Source: Paecilomyces variotii (lineage: Eukaryota). From it: a DNA stretch of 64,000 nt. The translations under genes were made by a program, and so were the position numbers. The notes beneath the pieces are model-generated. The model was not told where the DNA came from. It saw only the letters and a list, made by a program, of their open reading frames with translations, and ran no database searches. Location of the stretch: assembly GCA_004022145.1 (NCBI GenBank), contig RCNU01000003.1; one strand, given 5' to 3'. Of the stretch, positions 36,084-51,241 are shown in pieces. Numbering within the stretch: the stretch's first letter is position 1; each line of letters begins with the position of its first letter.

Positions 36084-37313
36084 TCATTCCTCGAATTTCC
36101 TCTTCACTCCGTTCCCATTCACGTGTACTCTTCGTCTCCGTTCTTCTTCCTCTGCTGCAGCTTGTGCCTGTCTTCGTTTCCATGCAGCTTTGATAGCCGG
36201 CGCAGCACGGATGAGGTCGTCTTCCGTGACCCGGTCTCGGATACTCTCGAGCACCTTCTCAACAGTAGAGATGTGATTCGCATCTTTCTTATCGTCGCGG
36301 AAGCGGAGGAATCTCCAGCGTCCTTGCTCGTCTTGGTAACACTCGACGATTGTGTCGTCTAGCGGTTTCTGAAGGGACTTGAGATTCTCCCATTCTTCCG
36401 ACGTGAGGTACATCTCGCCGAAGAGGCGATAATCGCCTTGGTTGTAGAGAACAAAGAGGTGGAAGATAGGCATGGCATCGTAATCCGGATAGGGTTCATG
36501 GATACCCTCCGCTTCATCGTCCGTATCGGGTTCAAGGAGGGGAAACTCGAGGCGCATGCGGAAATCGATACTGTTCTCATTCGGCGGCTTCCATTTGAGA
36601 ATGTGCTCGTCCGTACCAATCTTGTACGGCGTCGAACGACAGGTGAAAATAAGACCATCATTGCCATGGATCCTCTTCACCTTGGGGATAATCTCTCGGA
36701 ACATCATCTCGATCCCGTAGCTGAACTGGGTTGATTTGTCCTCCACGGCAAAAACCCGATGCTGCTTCTCCTCCGGGTATTTCTTGAACATCGCATTATA
36801 CGGCTTCAACACTTTCTCCTTGAAATACGCCAGTCGTTTATCCAGCGTCCGATGCATCAAGCTCTGTCCGTCCAAGACCATGCAGTCGAAGACGAGATAC
36901 TTCAACTGCGTCGTGCCATCCTCGTACGTATCTTTCACCAACTCCCCATCCACCAGCGTATCCACATGGAACGATCGAAACGTGTCGTCGTCAGGCAATG
37001 GGAAATGAAGACCAGGCACATATCGGTAGTCATTCTTGCGATCGATCAGATAATGAATTTCCGGCGCGTCCGAGTCCGGGTCCCCGCGCGCAAAGTACAT
37101 GAGACAACGGATGCCATCCGTCTTTTCGCACACGTAGTAATCCTCCTTCTGAAGTTCCAGGATATGCTTGGATGAGAAACTGACCGGTTGCGCACCGGGG
37201 AAGCTGAGATTGTTGCGTCCCAAGAGTTGCGCAACCTCTCGTCTGAACTGGTCCGCGAGGTGCGGATCTGCTTTGATGCCGATGGAATCGATATCCGGGA
37301 GAGAGTCGGGCAT
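36084..37313 (-). CDS. CEG1: mRNA capping enzyme alpha subunit (guanylyltransferase), intronless
   Basis: FPGAQPVSF, YVCEKTDGIR (motif I KxDG), TLVDGELV, DGLIFT, LKWKP and WRFLRFRDDK. Confidence 0.96.
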   Translation of the reverse strand: MPDSLPDIDSIGIKADPHLADQFRREVAQLLGRNNLSFPGAQPVSFSSKHILELQKEDYYVCEKTDGIRCLMYFARGDPDSDAPEIHYLIDRKNDYRYVPGLHFPLPDDDTFRSFHVDTLVDGELVKDTYEDGTTQLKYLVFDCMVLDGQSLMHRTLDKRLAYFKEKVLKPYNAMFKKYPEEKQHRVFAVEDKSTQFSYGIEMMFREIIPKVKRIHGNDGLIFTCRSTPYKIGTDEHILKWKPPNENSIDFRMRLEFPLLEPDTDDEAEGIHEPYPDYDAMPIFHLFVLYNQGDYRLFGEMYLTSEEWENLKSLQKPLDDTIVECYQDEQGRWRFLRFRDDKKDANHISTVEKVLESIRDRVTEDDLIRAAPAIKAAWKRRQAQAAAEEEERRRRVHVNGNGVKRKFEE

Positions 37314-37972
37314 TTTGGAAACCGTTCCGCGACCTGTTAGAAGGAGGATCCCGTAGGAGGAAGTTCTGTTCAGCTGGTCAAACCGCTGATGGCGGAACTC
37401 ATCGAAGTGCACGAGGGTATGGAATCACTGTCTCCAGGCGCAACTTCGCGACGATGACGCCAGGCTCGGATCGCGACACGGTGGTGAAAATGAACGGCAA
37501 GGGCAAGGCGACCAAGATGCCCCTGGTCAGAGAAGATGCTGGTTCAAAGACGCGCTGAGGCAAACAATCGTCATGCAATTGAATATCCGCGCTCAACGAA
37601 GTCGGGAGCTTCAATGTCGCCGCCTGAGGCAAACGCAGGCATTATTATATGGCCCGTGCGCCGAGGTTCAGCCGGCATGCTTGAAATAGCCGAGTTGCGA
37701 GTATATATACACAAGTCACACAAGTCTCAGTATAATTAATGTATATCAAAGAGATAGTATATGATTTTCCAAGCTAATATATCCTTCAAACTAAACTAAA
37801 TCAATTTGCAACACTAAATCGGGTATCATATCGTTACAGTCTGCTCTGCCCTTACATGCTCCGTATACACGCCGCCGAACCGTAACTCCCACATAGCAAA
37901 AAAAGGCTATAGTATCACGTAAACCCGAGCCAGAAAGCAGAAACCAGGGAGAAAACATGGCAAACGAGGCGA

Positions 37973-39484
37973 TCAGGCCACAGCGACCGCCGTCTTCTTA
38001 GGATGATTTTGTACGGAACGGTTTTGGTTCCCCTGCGGAAGAGTCTTCCTGGAATCCGCAGGGAGCTCAGATGTACTCGTCGCAACGGGAGATGTCAGAT
38101 CTGGCTCATCTGTAGTCTGGAAAAGACCAAGACCCGTCTGGCCACCGGTGTCTCCGGTACCAAAGAGGCCACCGCCTGTGGAACCACCTAGGACATGCGA
38201 AAGCATCTCCTTGATCCGGACGTACTGGTATTTCTTCTTCGTAGGGATCAGAGGATGGGTGACGAGGGGCTGTGGATGTGATCGAGCAATTGCAGCCATG
38301 ACTGACTCCTTCTCCTCATCAGAGTCTACAGGTCCATTATTATCCAGGTCATCTTGCAACGGCGCATTCGCATCGATTGCAGCCTCTGTCAACATAATCA
38401 GCACCAGCACCAACACAACACAGACAAAACCACCAACGGAGGATAATACTTACTCTGCTGACGAGCCTGATTCTTCTTCTGATACGCCTGCAACAACATA
38501 TCATACGGCAGAGAGCGTCCCGGAACAGCACGCTTCGCACCCATCGAATGACTCTTACACGTCAACGACCTAGCACATTGAGCGCCATTAGGCAGCGTAA
38601 CACCACACTGCTTCTCAACATCCACCGGCCCCTTAGGCTTCGGCATCTTGGGCTTCGGCTCATCCTTCTTCTTCTTTTTCTTCGGCTCTTTATCCTTCTC
38701 ATCCTCGGCATCCGCCTTGCGCTTCTTGCCCTTCTTCGTTCCGTCATCCGCCATACCCTTAACAGCGCTCTTCTTAGCGCTCTTCTGGCCCTTCATCGCA
38801 TCCTCCCCTTCTTTCTCATCATCTTTCTCATCCCCATCCTTATTATCAGCGGCTTTGGCGCGATTCGCTGCATCGCGCGCCTCTTTCTTCTTGCGTGCCT
38901 TCTCCTGCTTCGCTTTCAGACAACTCCGGATATGTTCCGCAGCAGTGTGTTTCAGAACGGGTCTCTTGCAATGTTTGCATATCACCGTCTCGAGTTGGTC
39001 ATCTCTCGGCTTCCCCGTCGGGAAGGCAGCCATGGTCTTTTCATCCATTTCAGGTAGAATGGGCGATGAACCAGGAGAGTCGGGGATATCTTTACCATCT
39101 GGAATCAACTACTGCATCAGCACACCACGAAACATCATCCATCCACCACTCCCGACTCCCAAAAAAGGGAAGGCAGTAAGAGATCAAACTCATACCCTTC
39201 TCCGGCTTCTTCCCCTTCGCAGTCTTCGCCGACGACGACTTCTTCAACTTGATCTTTCCCGGCTTCATATCCTTTTCGGAGAACTTATACCCGGACGCAT
39301 CCACCAAGCTTCCAGAGCTCGACGCGACGGAAGAAGCTAATCAAAACCACATCAGTTTTCCTCGTCCGCAAGCCAGTATATTATTTTTTTGGAGTGAGGG
39401 GACGTGGTAGACTCGTAATCAGTCTCTCTCAATGTGCCTGTTTCGCCACGACGTACCTCTCCCTGTCGTTCCGTTTGTAGTCAT
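37973..39484 (-). CDS. SGF73: SAGA deubiquitination-module subunit Sgf73 (ataxin-7 homologue), 4 exons
   Basis: CKHCKRP...HIRSC zinc finger and SCA7 domain [10 protein letters not shown]...[22 protein letters not shown]. First exon MTTNGTTGR. Confidence 0.92.
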
Positions 39485-39908
39485 AACTGCAGAAATGACT
39501 GTAAATTATATTCCAGAGGCCTTGAGCAATAACAACAAAAAAAAAAGAAAGACAAAACCCGGGAGACCTGGCGATGGCGCTATATCTCCCTTCCGTCTGG
39601 GGTTGACGTTCGATGTCGTCCGTTTCCCTATCAGCCCGTGTGGGGGCGACCGCGTCACGTGATCAGGCGCGAACTGGTCAACGAGGATGGAATGATCGAT
39701 GGGTTATATTGAGGAGTTGTTTTTGATATCGAAGGAGGATTGTGCTTGTATACATACATGATTATATTGTAGGACTCGTTTCATAGACTGACTATCAGGT
39801 ATAATTATTACCAAATCCTGACGTTCGATGAATTGAATGAATATGGATTACTTAAGCTAATGCATAACTTAACTATCGATCTTGTAGTTATTGTAGAGTA
39901 CATTAATG

Positions 39909-41918
39909 TTACATTCGATACCTGGCAAAGCAGAGCGTGCTATTCGTTCCTCCGAATCCAAAACTGTTGGTAAGCGCAACATCGATAGTTCGCTCCTGGG
40001 CAGCTCCCGGCGCATAGTTGCAGTCAAACTCCTCCGTTCGGTTTTCCAGGTTGATTGTTGGGGGCATTACGTTCTGAGAAAGGGTTGAAAAATGAAGTTA
40101 GTAATTAAAAATTAATTGTTCAATGCGCATAGTTTTCAGGCTGGGGAGTAAGTACGAACCTCGTGAATGGCGAGAACAGAAAATACGGCCTCGATAGCCC
40201 CTGCACCTCCGAGTAAATGTCCGATAGCACCTTTTGTGCTGCTGACGTTGATCTCGGAAGGTTTTCGTTTTCCTCCTGGACCAAGTAGGAGTCTCTTGAT
40301 AGCTGCGTTCTCGGCGGCATCTCCGATCTTCGTAGAGGTAGCGTGCGCGTTGACATAGTCCACATCGGAAGGCGATAGTTTCGCACTCCTCAGGGCCTTT
40401 TTCATGGCCGTGAAAGCGCCCTCGCCGTCTTCCTTCGGGGCCGTTATGTGGTGTGCATCTCCGGAGCAGCCATACCCAGTTAATTCAGCGTAGATATGGG
40501 CTCCTCGAGCTTTAGCATGTTCCAGTTCCTTGATCACCTTTTTAGCTTGGAAGTACCGCAACCAAGAGGAAGAAGAGGACATACCTCCAAGACCATAACA
40601 GCTGCTCCTTCACCTACGACGAATCCCTGACGATCCGCGTCAAAAGGTCTTGAAGCCTTTTCAGGTGAATCATTAAACCCCGTCGTCAGACTCCTGGCTC
40701 TGGCAAAGCCTCCCAGTGCCAGTGGATGAATGCACGATTCAGCACCACCGGCAATCATGACATCAGCATCGCCGCAAGCAATGAAACGGGACGCATCGCC
40801 CACAGAATGCGCTCCAGTCGTACAAGCAGTGGTCACGGAATGGTTAGGGCCCTATCCATGTCAGTCGCGATGGCCTCGATTGCGTGGACGGAAAAGGGAA
40901 GACGGACCATGAAGCCATATCTCATCGATATGTGACCAGCACCCAGGTTGATCAGCAACTTTGGGACAAATAAGGGAGACACTTTCTTGTATCCCTGCGT
41001 ATCAAGTTATCAGCCATTACTGGCTTTCTGCATCGGGGAGTACTTTTTTCTTTCACACTTACACCCTTGTCATATGATAGTATCGTATCATAAATCTCGT
41101 CAAAGTTTCCTATACCTGAACCAAGACAGACACCCTAGTCTCAATTAGCATCTGAGCGAACAGAGTCGGTGAAGGTCGATCGATCTACCGTATCTTCCTT
41201 CTGCTGCAGCGAGGTTGGCATCCAGGCGGCATCTTCGAGGGCTTCCTCGGTAGCGGCCATGGCATATTGCGCGAACCGGGCCATTTTCCGCTCCTCCTAG
41301 AGTTAATAGCGGTGATCAGTCCGAGCGTTAGGGTGTCTTGTGTTCATGGTCTATCCATTACTCACCTCTCTGCTCAACCACTCGGAAGCGGTCCATCCTC
41401 CATCCTTCCTGGAGCCCTGCGGCACAGCGGCGGCGATCTGACATGGTATCTCCGCGAAGCGCGGATGTCTGTCTTTGACGTTGACGATGCCACAATGGCC
41501 GTCGAGTAGGCGTTTCCACGTGCGACGGATTCCTAGAATGGATTGATTGACCAAGTCAGATATTCGTCACAAAAAAGGCTAGTTGCATGTTCCTAATATT
41601 TTTTTTTTTTTGTAATTCTTTTCTTTATTTTCATTTTCCCGTCTACCTCCTGCTCAGCTCTGGTATAGCTTCCCAAATAGGCAGTCCATTGGAGAAACAA
41701 AAAGAAAGAAAAAAAGCTGTTAGGTCAGCCGGGCCCATCCTGGCGTAAAAGCCGTGTGGAGACAGGATGAAAAGCCTCGGGATGGGGACTCATATACAGG
41801 AAATCACACCAGAACAGGACGAAGAACGCTCGAAAAAGAAGGAGAAGACGATGGCAAATGACTTACCCACGCCCAGAGGCGTCACCGCACCGAGACCCGT
41901 CACGACGACTCGACGCAT
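39909..41918 (-). CDS. CEM1: Mitochondrial 3-oxoacyl-ACP synthase (KAS II), multi-exon
   Basis: [25 protein letters not shown] (catalytic Cys), [18 protein letters not shown] and NSFGFGGTN. Confidence 0.95.
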
Positions 41919-42650
41919 GGCATCCTGCTTTATGCGAGAATGTCCATTAAGTCAGTTGGATAGTTAGCTACTGACTAGAGGAGAAGAATAACTAATAAGA
42001 ATAGTTAATAATGAGAACAAGAATAATAATATGAAGAATAGTGAAGAATCGAGGAACAGGTAGATAGATAGAATAGATAGAATAGATGAATAGACAGCTT
42101 GACCAGAAGGGAAAGTCTGCACGATGTTCCAACTTCGGCCTTCTCGGCGTTCGTCCCGAAGCCCTCTCTCAACGTACTTATGCGTGCTTCTAGACGAATA
42201 ATATGGATCAAAAAGAAACGGAAGGGTACAGAAAAAAAAAGGGCCTCTTTTCCACACGACTGGACACGCTAAGACTAGCTTGACGGTTTTCCATTCCCTC
42301 CCCAGCGATTCGGCAGCTTTCTCGACTTTATCTAACCCAAGGTAGCTTTTTCTGATTCTCCTCCCCCTCTCCTCGGAGCTCTCCAAGCTCTAATCAAATC
42401 AATCAATCAATCAAATCCAACTACTGTCCTCCCCGAGGCCAGATTCCAGCGGGGCTGGAGGCTTGTGTCGCTTTAGGAAGTTCCAAGCAGAGAAAGCAAG
42501 AAGTTATTATTATTTTATTTCCAGCTGCTCATAGCTAAAACTACTACTACCATGCGCTCCACCCGCCGTTATATAGGCGTCTCTCGTCCGCCGTGATTTA
42601 TTGTTAACTCTTGGAATAATTGAACTCAACACATCAGACATATATCCAAT

Positions 42651-44127
42651 ATGCCTGGCTGGAAGACCGCCCTCGTGGGCTTTCTGGCTCTGGCTGGCCC
42701 CGCCTTCTCTCACTCCCACCACGATAACGACGAGACTGAGACTGTTCCCGAAGATCGACGCGCCGAGCTGCTTCACAAATGGGAGCAGGAGGTAAGCTTC
42801 TCTCTCTCTCTCTCAATTCATCCATTCTCTCATCTCAATCAGACAGTCAACTCATGATAATAAATCACGCAGTGGCCCTTCTCCGGTGTTGCCAGCTTCG
42901 CTCACATGAAGCCCGTCAAGTGCTTGATAGAGCCGGATGAACGCTACGATATCGCTATTATCGGAGCTCCGTTTGATACGGCCGTCAGCTACAGACCTGG
43001 TATGTGACGACGGACGGGAGGAGGGGGATTTATTTATTTAAAAAAAAACCCATCAACCAGAAAATCATTATTCTTCAAGATGTCATACTGACTTGAACTT
43101 TCCCCTCCCCAATTCAGGCGCCCGCTTCGGTCCCCGCGCCATCCGCGCAGCCAGCGCTCGTCAAATGCCCGGAACGAGCTACAATGCTCGCGCTGGTATC
43201 AATCCCTATCTCTCCTGGGCTACGCTGAAGGACTGCGGCGATATTCCCGTGACGCCATTCGACAACGGCCTCGCTGAGCGTCAGATGTACGAAGCCTTCC
43301 TCGAACTGGGCAGTCGTCCCGCCCTCACGCCAGCCGACTCCAAGTACGGCACCAAGGGCATCTCGGCCGGTAAGCCCAAGCTTCTGACGCTGGGCGGAGA
43401 CCACAGCATTGCTCTACCGGCCCTGCGCGCCCTGTACCAGATCTACCAGAAACCCATCACGGTGCTGCATTTCGACGCCCATCTCGATACATGGAACCCC
43501 GTCCGCTACGCTTCGTACTGGCTCTCGGACCAATCGCGCTTCAACCATGGTAGTTTCTTCCACATCGCCAGCACCGAGGGTTTGATTTCCAACACTACCT
43601 CCGCTCACGGCGGCATCCGGACGCGTCTCACCGGCGCCGATGATAGCGACTACACCAACCCTGGGCCTGAGCAGGGCTTCATGCGCGTCCACGCCGACGA
43701 TATCGATGACCTGGGCCCGGCCGGTGTGGCTAAGAAGCTCGTTGACCGTATCGGTCTCGACCCCGAGCAGCCTGTCTACCTCTCCGTGGACATCGACGTG
43801 CTCGACCCCGGCACCGCCCCTGGCACAGGCACTCCCGAACCCGGCGGCTGGACCACGCGTGAATTCATCCGCATCCTGCGCGGCATCGAGAAGCTCAACA
43901 TCGTCGGCGCCGATATCGTCGAAGTCAGCCCTAGCTACGATAACATGGGCGAGACCACCGCTCTCGCTGCGGCCCAGGTTGCCTTCGAGATCATCACCAC
44001 CATGGTCAAGGCTGGTGTGGGTGAAGATCTCGGTGGATGGTACGGCAACAAGGACAGCGATGTCGAGGTCGAAACGGAATCGAAGAAGCAGCAGAAGACG
44101 GAATCTTCCTCCAAGGATGAGCTCTAA
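42651..44127 (+). CDS. Ureohydrolase (agmatinase/guanidinobutyrase family) with signal peptide and C-terminal KDEL, 3 exons
   Basis: [39 protein letters not shown] and GTGTPEPGG Mn-binding motifs. Confidence 0.93.
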
Positions 44128-45427
44128 ATGAGCCATTTGCAGACCTCTCTGTGTCTGCATGGTTTCGTCTTTTTCTTTTCTTTCTTCTCCTTTCCATCTT
44201 TTGCATCTTGTTTTGATTTCCTTTTTTCGGTGCTCGGAATGAGTGAGAAGTGTGTACCATAGCATAGTACAGGATAGCATAGCATGAGTGCATGACCCCC
44301 TCTAGCGAATGAATGAAACGATCATATCTCACTGAAACTTCCCACCATCTGGTCGTATCCGTCATAGGACTAGGTTAGGACTGCTCAGGACTTGGTTCTT
44401 TTCTATAAACTTCGGAATATCCGTAATACGCGAATATCATATCATACTCCACCAGCTTGCAGTTGCTATCCACTTCATGGCAACGAGCAACATGAAACGA
44501 ATTATCGGCAAGCATGCCTAGTTGGTCTAATGTAAAAGACGGCCACAGGTTTCGGGAATATTCTTCATTCAATTCAATCAGCTGTACTGAAACGCTCTGT
44601 TGACATTGCAGGGTTCTGGTCCGTTCACAAAACCCCAAGAGGAAAGAGAAAGGGAGACAAAGGAGAAAAGAGAAAAATTTGTGTATCCTTCTTTTTGCTG
44701 GCCCCTGCTCGTACCGCTCGTTTGCTTTGCCGCGAAGCAGTCATCTGTGACTCTTGCGGCAAACTGGCTAGTTGGCCTGTAGATTCAACCGAGGCGAGAC
44801 GAGGGAAGGGACCAAGTAAACTTGTCTGGGCGGATTTCGAGAAGACTTGGGACGAAGAACACGGTTATCAGCCGGCCAAAAACATGCGCCACAATTTCCA
44901 ACGCCGGGGGAAAAGAGGATGAAAGAAGCAGGGAATTCAGGTGATAGTCCGCATCGCAAAACAGAGCAAGACTACACGGCGAACAAGCAAGGAAAAGACG
45001 GACAATAGGCACAGGCTGGCACCAGGAGCAATACCATATTGTCTCGGGGATAAGGGTGTAGAGATGTGGAGAAAGGAGGATCCTGCGCGTATCGGGGAAG
45101 GGGAAAGGGTGGTATATGGAGGAAATTCCGGGAAGCTGGCAATACAGAACATATGCATCACGTCCTACCGATAGGGCACGAAATGACAAACACATGGGCG
45201 ACATGAGCCTGTAAAAATAGGGACCAAGCGAGCTAGCGGTTCAAACAAGAAAAAAACTCCTCCCAGTCGTGAATCGGAAAAAAAAATAGACCAAGGTACT
45301 TCTTTTAGGCCCACCAAATGAACCATCCTGGCATGTCTGAGTTCAGAAACCAGACAGAACTTCAATCATGAGCGGCCTTGGCCCTTCGTCTCAGGAAACG
45401 GCGTCCAATAATAATAATTCGTCAACC

Positions 45428-46434
<1,007 letters not shown>

Positions 46435-49212
46435 TTTGTGTTACAGGAAATATTCTACAGCGGAGAAAAACCCGGGGTATATCAGAAAAGGAGTGATTGT
46501 GATATCAGATGCGACAGCACGCGTCAGATAGGATATGCGGTGAAAAAGGAGACCCAGTCGCGAAAAGGCGGTGCCGCCAGTCGATGGGGGTTTGAGGAGG
46601 CAGGAGAGCCTGACGGGAGGTAGTGCGTAGGTGAACAACGACCACCACAATAGCCTTGACGACGAGGAATGAGGATGCGTGGTGATAGCGAGGAAAGTCA
46701 CACCAGCAAGAAGCTCCCCTAACTGCAGGTGATCGTCTGCTGTGAAGGTTGAGGTTTAACGAGGGAGGGAAGAGGGCGGCAGGAGATAGTCAGTAGTAGT
46801 AGCTGCAAATGGGGCAACCCGCACGTTAGCTCATTTTGGTCTACTCAGTTGTCTGGACCTTCGAGACCACAAGCGATCCAGAACTGGGGATGTCTCCATA
46901 CCAGAACAAGCTGTTCCAAGAGAGACGGACCGTATCAAGATATACGAGAAGATGGAGAAAAACAAGCCGTTCTCTGATGCTTCAACCCCGCGCGTGCTTC
47001 TCTCGAGATGAAGGCTTGTTGAAGACGAAGAAAGGAAGAGATGGACTCCGGGTCCTCGAAGGGGGCGCGGTGTGGGACGGGTTGGAGATGACTGCAAGGA
47101 CGACCGTTTGGCCACAAGACGGAATGTCAATGAAGGATCCTGCTGGAGATGATTCTTGACTCCTGCTGCAGGAGGACAAGTAACACAGCGAACAACAGAA
47201 AGCGTCCTGAGGAGAAACAAAGGTAATTTATTTAATCAACGAAGTAATACTTCAATTAGATAGATCAGCCGTTGGTTTCGCTCCAGAGGATGGATGGCTC
47301 TTTCTTTGGGGGGAAGAAGAGCGCCCGATGGCGGGCGGTGGGCGGTGGACAGTGGACAGCGCCAAAACCACCGACTTCCTGCTTGTCCTCCGCCTCAGGT
47401 TGGACTATCTACGACCACTCCATGCGACTCTGAGTCTCTAGTAATAGTTAGACCACTTTCCTCTCACGCTGCCATCAAGTCTAGCCTAGCTTGTCTTTGC
47501 ACTGTGCTTGTCGGGGTCTGTGAGCAAACCCGCTTGTTGTTAGCACCTCGTCACCACCAAAAAGGGGTTTCTTTTGTCGGTCAAGCTTCGCGGGCCGAGG
47601 GATCTCCTTCGCACTGGAACTGAGAAAACGGTAGGATGAGAGATCCCAATAGATACCATATCGAGACTGGATGCTGTCTCTCAACTCTACCTAACTATCA
47701 GTGTTTCAGATAACACATATGAAGCGGGATCGCCACGTTTCGCACGGCGTTTCCCTCCCCGTAAATCCCTCTAGTTGATGATAATCCTACTGCTACTACT
47801 AGTGGGCAGACAGTGAATATCCTTCCTGGTCAACCGTGCTCTCGAAACCACGACTAGATGATACACCGGGGAAGAGCAAAGTACCATAAACAGGGGGTCA
47901 GTCCAAACGTGAAACGTGTATCAGATTCGGATTCTCATTTCTTCCATGTTCGCTCCCCGGCTCTCTTGCCCGATCTACTGGCTCCAATCCCAGTCGCGGT
48001 TAGCTACGATTGCACTACTGCACCTCATAATCCGTCACGCTGGACGGTGATAGATAGTCTTCACGCTGGCTTCTCTCAGAAACATAATAGTTGAATTGGT
48101 AAGCGGGAGAGCCAGACCCAACAGGGGGCAGGCATTATAACATCTGCCGCCTCGAGGCTGGATGCCTTTTCAACTCATGCCATCCATAAAAAAAAAAACA
48201 ATAATAAGCAATGATACGCCCACGAAGACAAAAGCAAAGAAACGGTCGCGGTAAGAAGATAATGGGCAATAACAGTGTGCGCGCTTTCCCAGCGTCTCCG
48301 CTGCGTCCTTTTGCGTGTCTCCCCGAGACGGGACCGTCGGGATCATTGGCCCCCTCACCTCCACTGTCAATGGCATGTTGAGACAACGCCAACAATATCA
48401 GAAACAGCTAAACGTTCTGGGCGTAGCATTATTCGTGACACATCATGATCTATCCACAATTTGTTTCCTAGTTCTCTGATTCAGCAGTAAAGGAAAAAAG
48501 ATAGAAAAGATAAAAGGGAAATGAGAAATGAGAAATAAAAACACTGTTGCCTGCTCAAATAAGTGCGAAGAACGCCGACCTCTCAGTCCTTTCCCTTGGT
48601 AGACTGGACGTTTGAACAAATACTATCTATAATTCTTTCGTAGACTAGTCGTAACTGTTTGTTTTCCGGCCTTCCTGTCCACCATTCAATGGTGTGTCTG
48701 ACTGCCTGACCCAGCAGGCGACAGCGCAATGACAAGTCGGCCTCTGAATCGGCTCGAGCTCTGTTGTCTTGTATGCCTCTTCTTTAGATTGACGCCAATA
48801 TATAATATAAACATATATATGCATCTGATTATCTGCGCGTCTGTCCGCCTGAGACAACCTTGGCAGTTAACCCGCAGCCAAGCGCCCGGTTAATTAGACC
48901 GGCCGAGATTTCTGTGGTTGCCGTCCGAGCGCCGCCCACTCTGCCAACCTGAAGGGCAAATATCCAAAGACCAATACAAACAGGGAAGGCCGACGAAAGG
49001 TTGAGGCCCTAAGCGCGGCACCCCGCAGCATGTCAATGAACATTCGAACCGAGGAGATAGGGATGGCGACGGCGACGAAACGCCTTGTGATAAGGTCGCT
49101 ATACACGTGCCAACGTATCGTTGGGGGGAAAGCCTGTATCAATCAAGACGCTTCTCCTTCGTCTTCTCCTCCTCCTCCTCCTCCTGAATGATTATTCGTA
49201 TATTTCGAATCT

Positions 49213-51241
49213 TCATTCAGCGTGGAAGTGTCGTCGATCAGAGTCGATTCGCGTTCGCGTTCGTGTTCGTGAAGATGACCGATTACTTTTCCCTTCATCC
49301 CTTGACTCAGCTTCTTCAATTAGCGGGTTATGACGAGTAAAGGCTGCCGTACTGTTGCTCACCTTGTCCAGGTTGTAGTTCTTCATCAGGAGACTCAGCG
49401 GTATCAATGGGATGACAGCAAGGATCGCCAACCCAAGCAGACTATTCATCGTCTCCTGGTAGGCTCTGTTGATGGCAAGCCGGGTCGGGGATCCCATTGG
49501 ATAGGAAAGCGCTTTAGTTAATTTGCCATAGATCTCTGCAGCATCCTTCTGACTTTCGGGTGGCAGATACAGCCGCAGTTTTTTAGGGATGGAGTGTGTC
49601 CAGACGGCCCCAGAAATGGCCGCGCCTACAGCACCGCCCATCTCTAGAGATGTCAAGAACATGGCGGTAGCCGCCGCTACTTCTTGATGGTTAGCAGATG
49701 CTTGCACTCCAAGCTGGACAGGAACATTCAGCAATCCACCACCGGTTCCCACGATGATCTGCGTTGCGAGAATCTGTGCCGGGGAGCTGCCCTCTGTGCG
49801 GTAGAGCAGCATCGACAGCAGGCCGCCAATGTATATGACACAGCCTGCCGTGACATAGGGGCGGTAGCGCCGGGTATACTTGATAAGGATGGAGGCGCAG
49901 AATGCTGCAATGGTTGATGTAAAGGCGAAAGTCTGCGTCACGCGCCCTGCGCTAGACACATCGAAATTCTGCACGACTTGCAGGTATGAGTAGAGATAAG
50001 GCTGGACGGAGAAGTAGAAGGCCATGAAGTAGAAGAAGGCGAGCGCACATCCTGCAAGTACGGTCCGCTGCTTGAGAAGGTGTAGCGACAGAAGGGGCTT
50101 AGGGGCCAATTTCTTGGAAGTCTCCCATCCGGGCAGGAGGATGAGACAGAAAAGGCCCACAACAATCATCGCGATGATGTTGTTGTTCTTCCACCCGTCT
50201 TTCGCGTTAGCCGCCAAAGTGAGGGGGATCAGAATCAGAGCGACTGCAGAAGACAGTAGTATCAACCCGAACATGTCCAAGTCGTACCAGGTATTCCGCA
50301 AGGCGTCAACCCACCCCGTTCCTTTCCATGCCCTTGGTTTGATCAGATTGAGCCTCCTTGCCTTTCTCTGGTTGAGCAACAAGGTCAGGCCCAGTGGCAG
50401 GAAAGCAGCAGGAAGTATGATCGCCCACATCCCGTAACCCCATCGCCAGGAACTATGTCTGAGCACAGCATCGGCAATCATGGGGCCTATCCAGACGGTT
50501 CCCAGGAACGGCAGCTCCGGGAGAAGGGCGAACATGGCTCGATTGAGCAGGTCACTGCTATCAGCGATGAAGACCTGCTGGAGGATCTGCAGACCGGTCG
50601 AACCGGCTGAGTAGAAGATCTGAGCAGACGCGTAGGTCTGCACGTTCGTGGAGGCGGCCATCTGGATGTAGCCAAGTATATAGATGATGATACTGACACA
50701 GAACGCTTCGAAACGGCCGAAGACGTCCGCCACCTTGGCCATGGGGGGCTTGATGACAGCTGACTATTGTTAGGAACCGACCACATCAGAAATGGAAATG
50801 ACCCGCTTACCATTCACCACGTTCTGAACGACGAGTACGGTTGAGATCAAAGAATGTTTGCTGAACGAACTGGTGGCGTAAGCGGACAGTGAGGAGACGG
50901 TCTGTCCTTCCAGGGAAGTACAGAATGCCATGAGGAATATACTTGGAGAACACAGTTAGCAGAGTAGATCCGCGGGTACTTGTCCGTCAAGTCACCAACC
51001 TGAGATATGCTACAACCAAGGCCCGCTGCGTCCACGTTCGGCTGATCGCCTCTATCTTTCGAACACCTTCCTGCACCTCACTCTCGGACGTCAAGTCATC
51101 ATCCGTGTCATAGTGACGGTCTTCCTGCTCCCCGTCCGCAAAGGCACCATAGAGCAGCCTCTGATCTTCGCGATCCATGATCTGCTCGTCTGTATCAAGT
51201 GCGCCGTAAGATGGACCGGAATTGACGTTCAGGTAGCTCAT
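49213..51241 (-). CDS. mirC: MFS siderophore-iron transporter (MirC-like), 3 exons
   Basis: VQEGVRKIEAISRTWT, KPPMAKVADVFGRFEAF, QVFIADSSDLLNRA and WRWGYGMWAII of the SIT/ARN family. Confidence 0.88.

Noticed and set aside
32243-37313. Adjacent DNA ligase and capping enzyme (both KxDG nucleotidyltransferases)
   Set aside because: Ancient paralogy. The convergent adjacency of two housekeeping genes gives no evidence of a functional unit.
38548-39340. 169-aa and 230-aa plus-strand ORFs over SGF73
   Set aside because: Antisense to a Lys/Glu-rich exon, giving low-complexity Phe/Ser/Leu translations.
41985-42095. AT-rich ATAG/AATA low-complexity tract between CEM1 and the ureohydrolase
   Set aside because: Simple sequence in a promoter/UTR with no regular spacer-repeat structure, so not a CRISPR or other array.
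43414-44280. 288-aa minus-strand ORF opposite the ureohydrolase
   Set aside because: Antisense shadow of a GC3-rich coding sequence, with no motifs of its own.
46435-49200. Long gene-free stretch upstream of cdc42 with many 60-130-aa ORFs
   Set aside because: Consistent with a long 5' UTR/promoter. The ORFs lack recognisable motifs.
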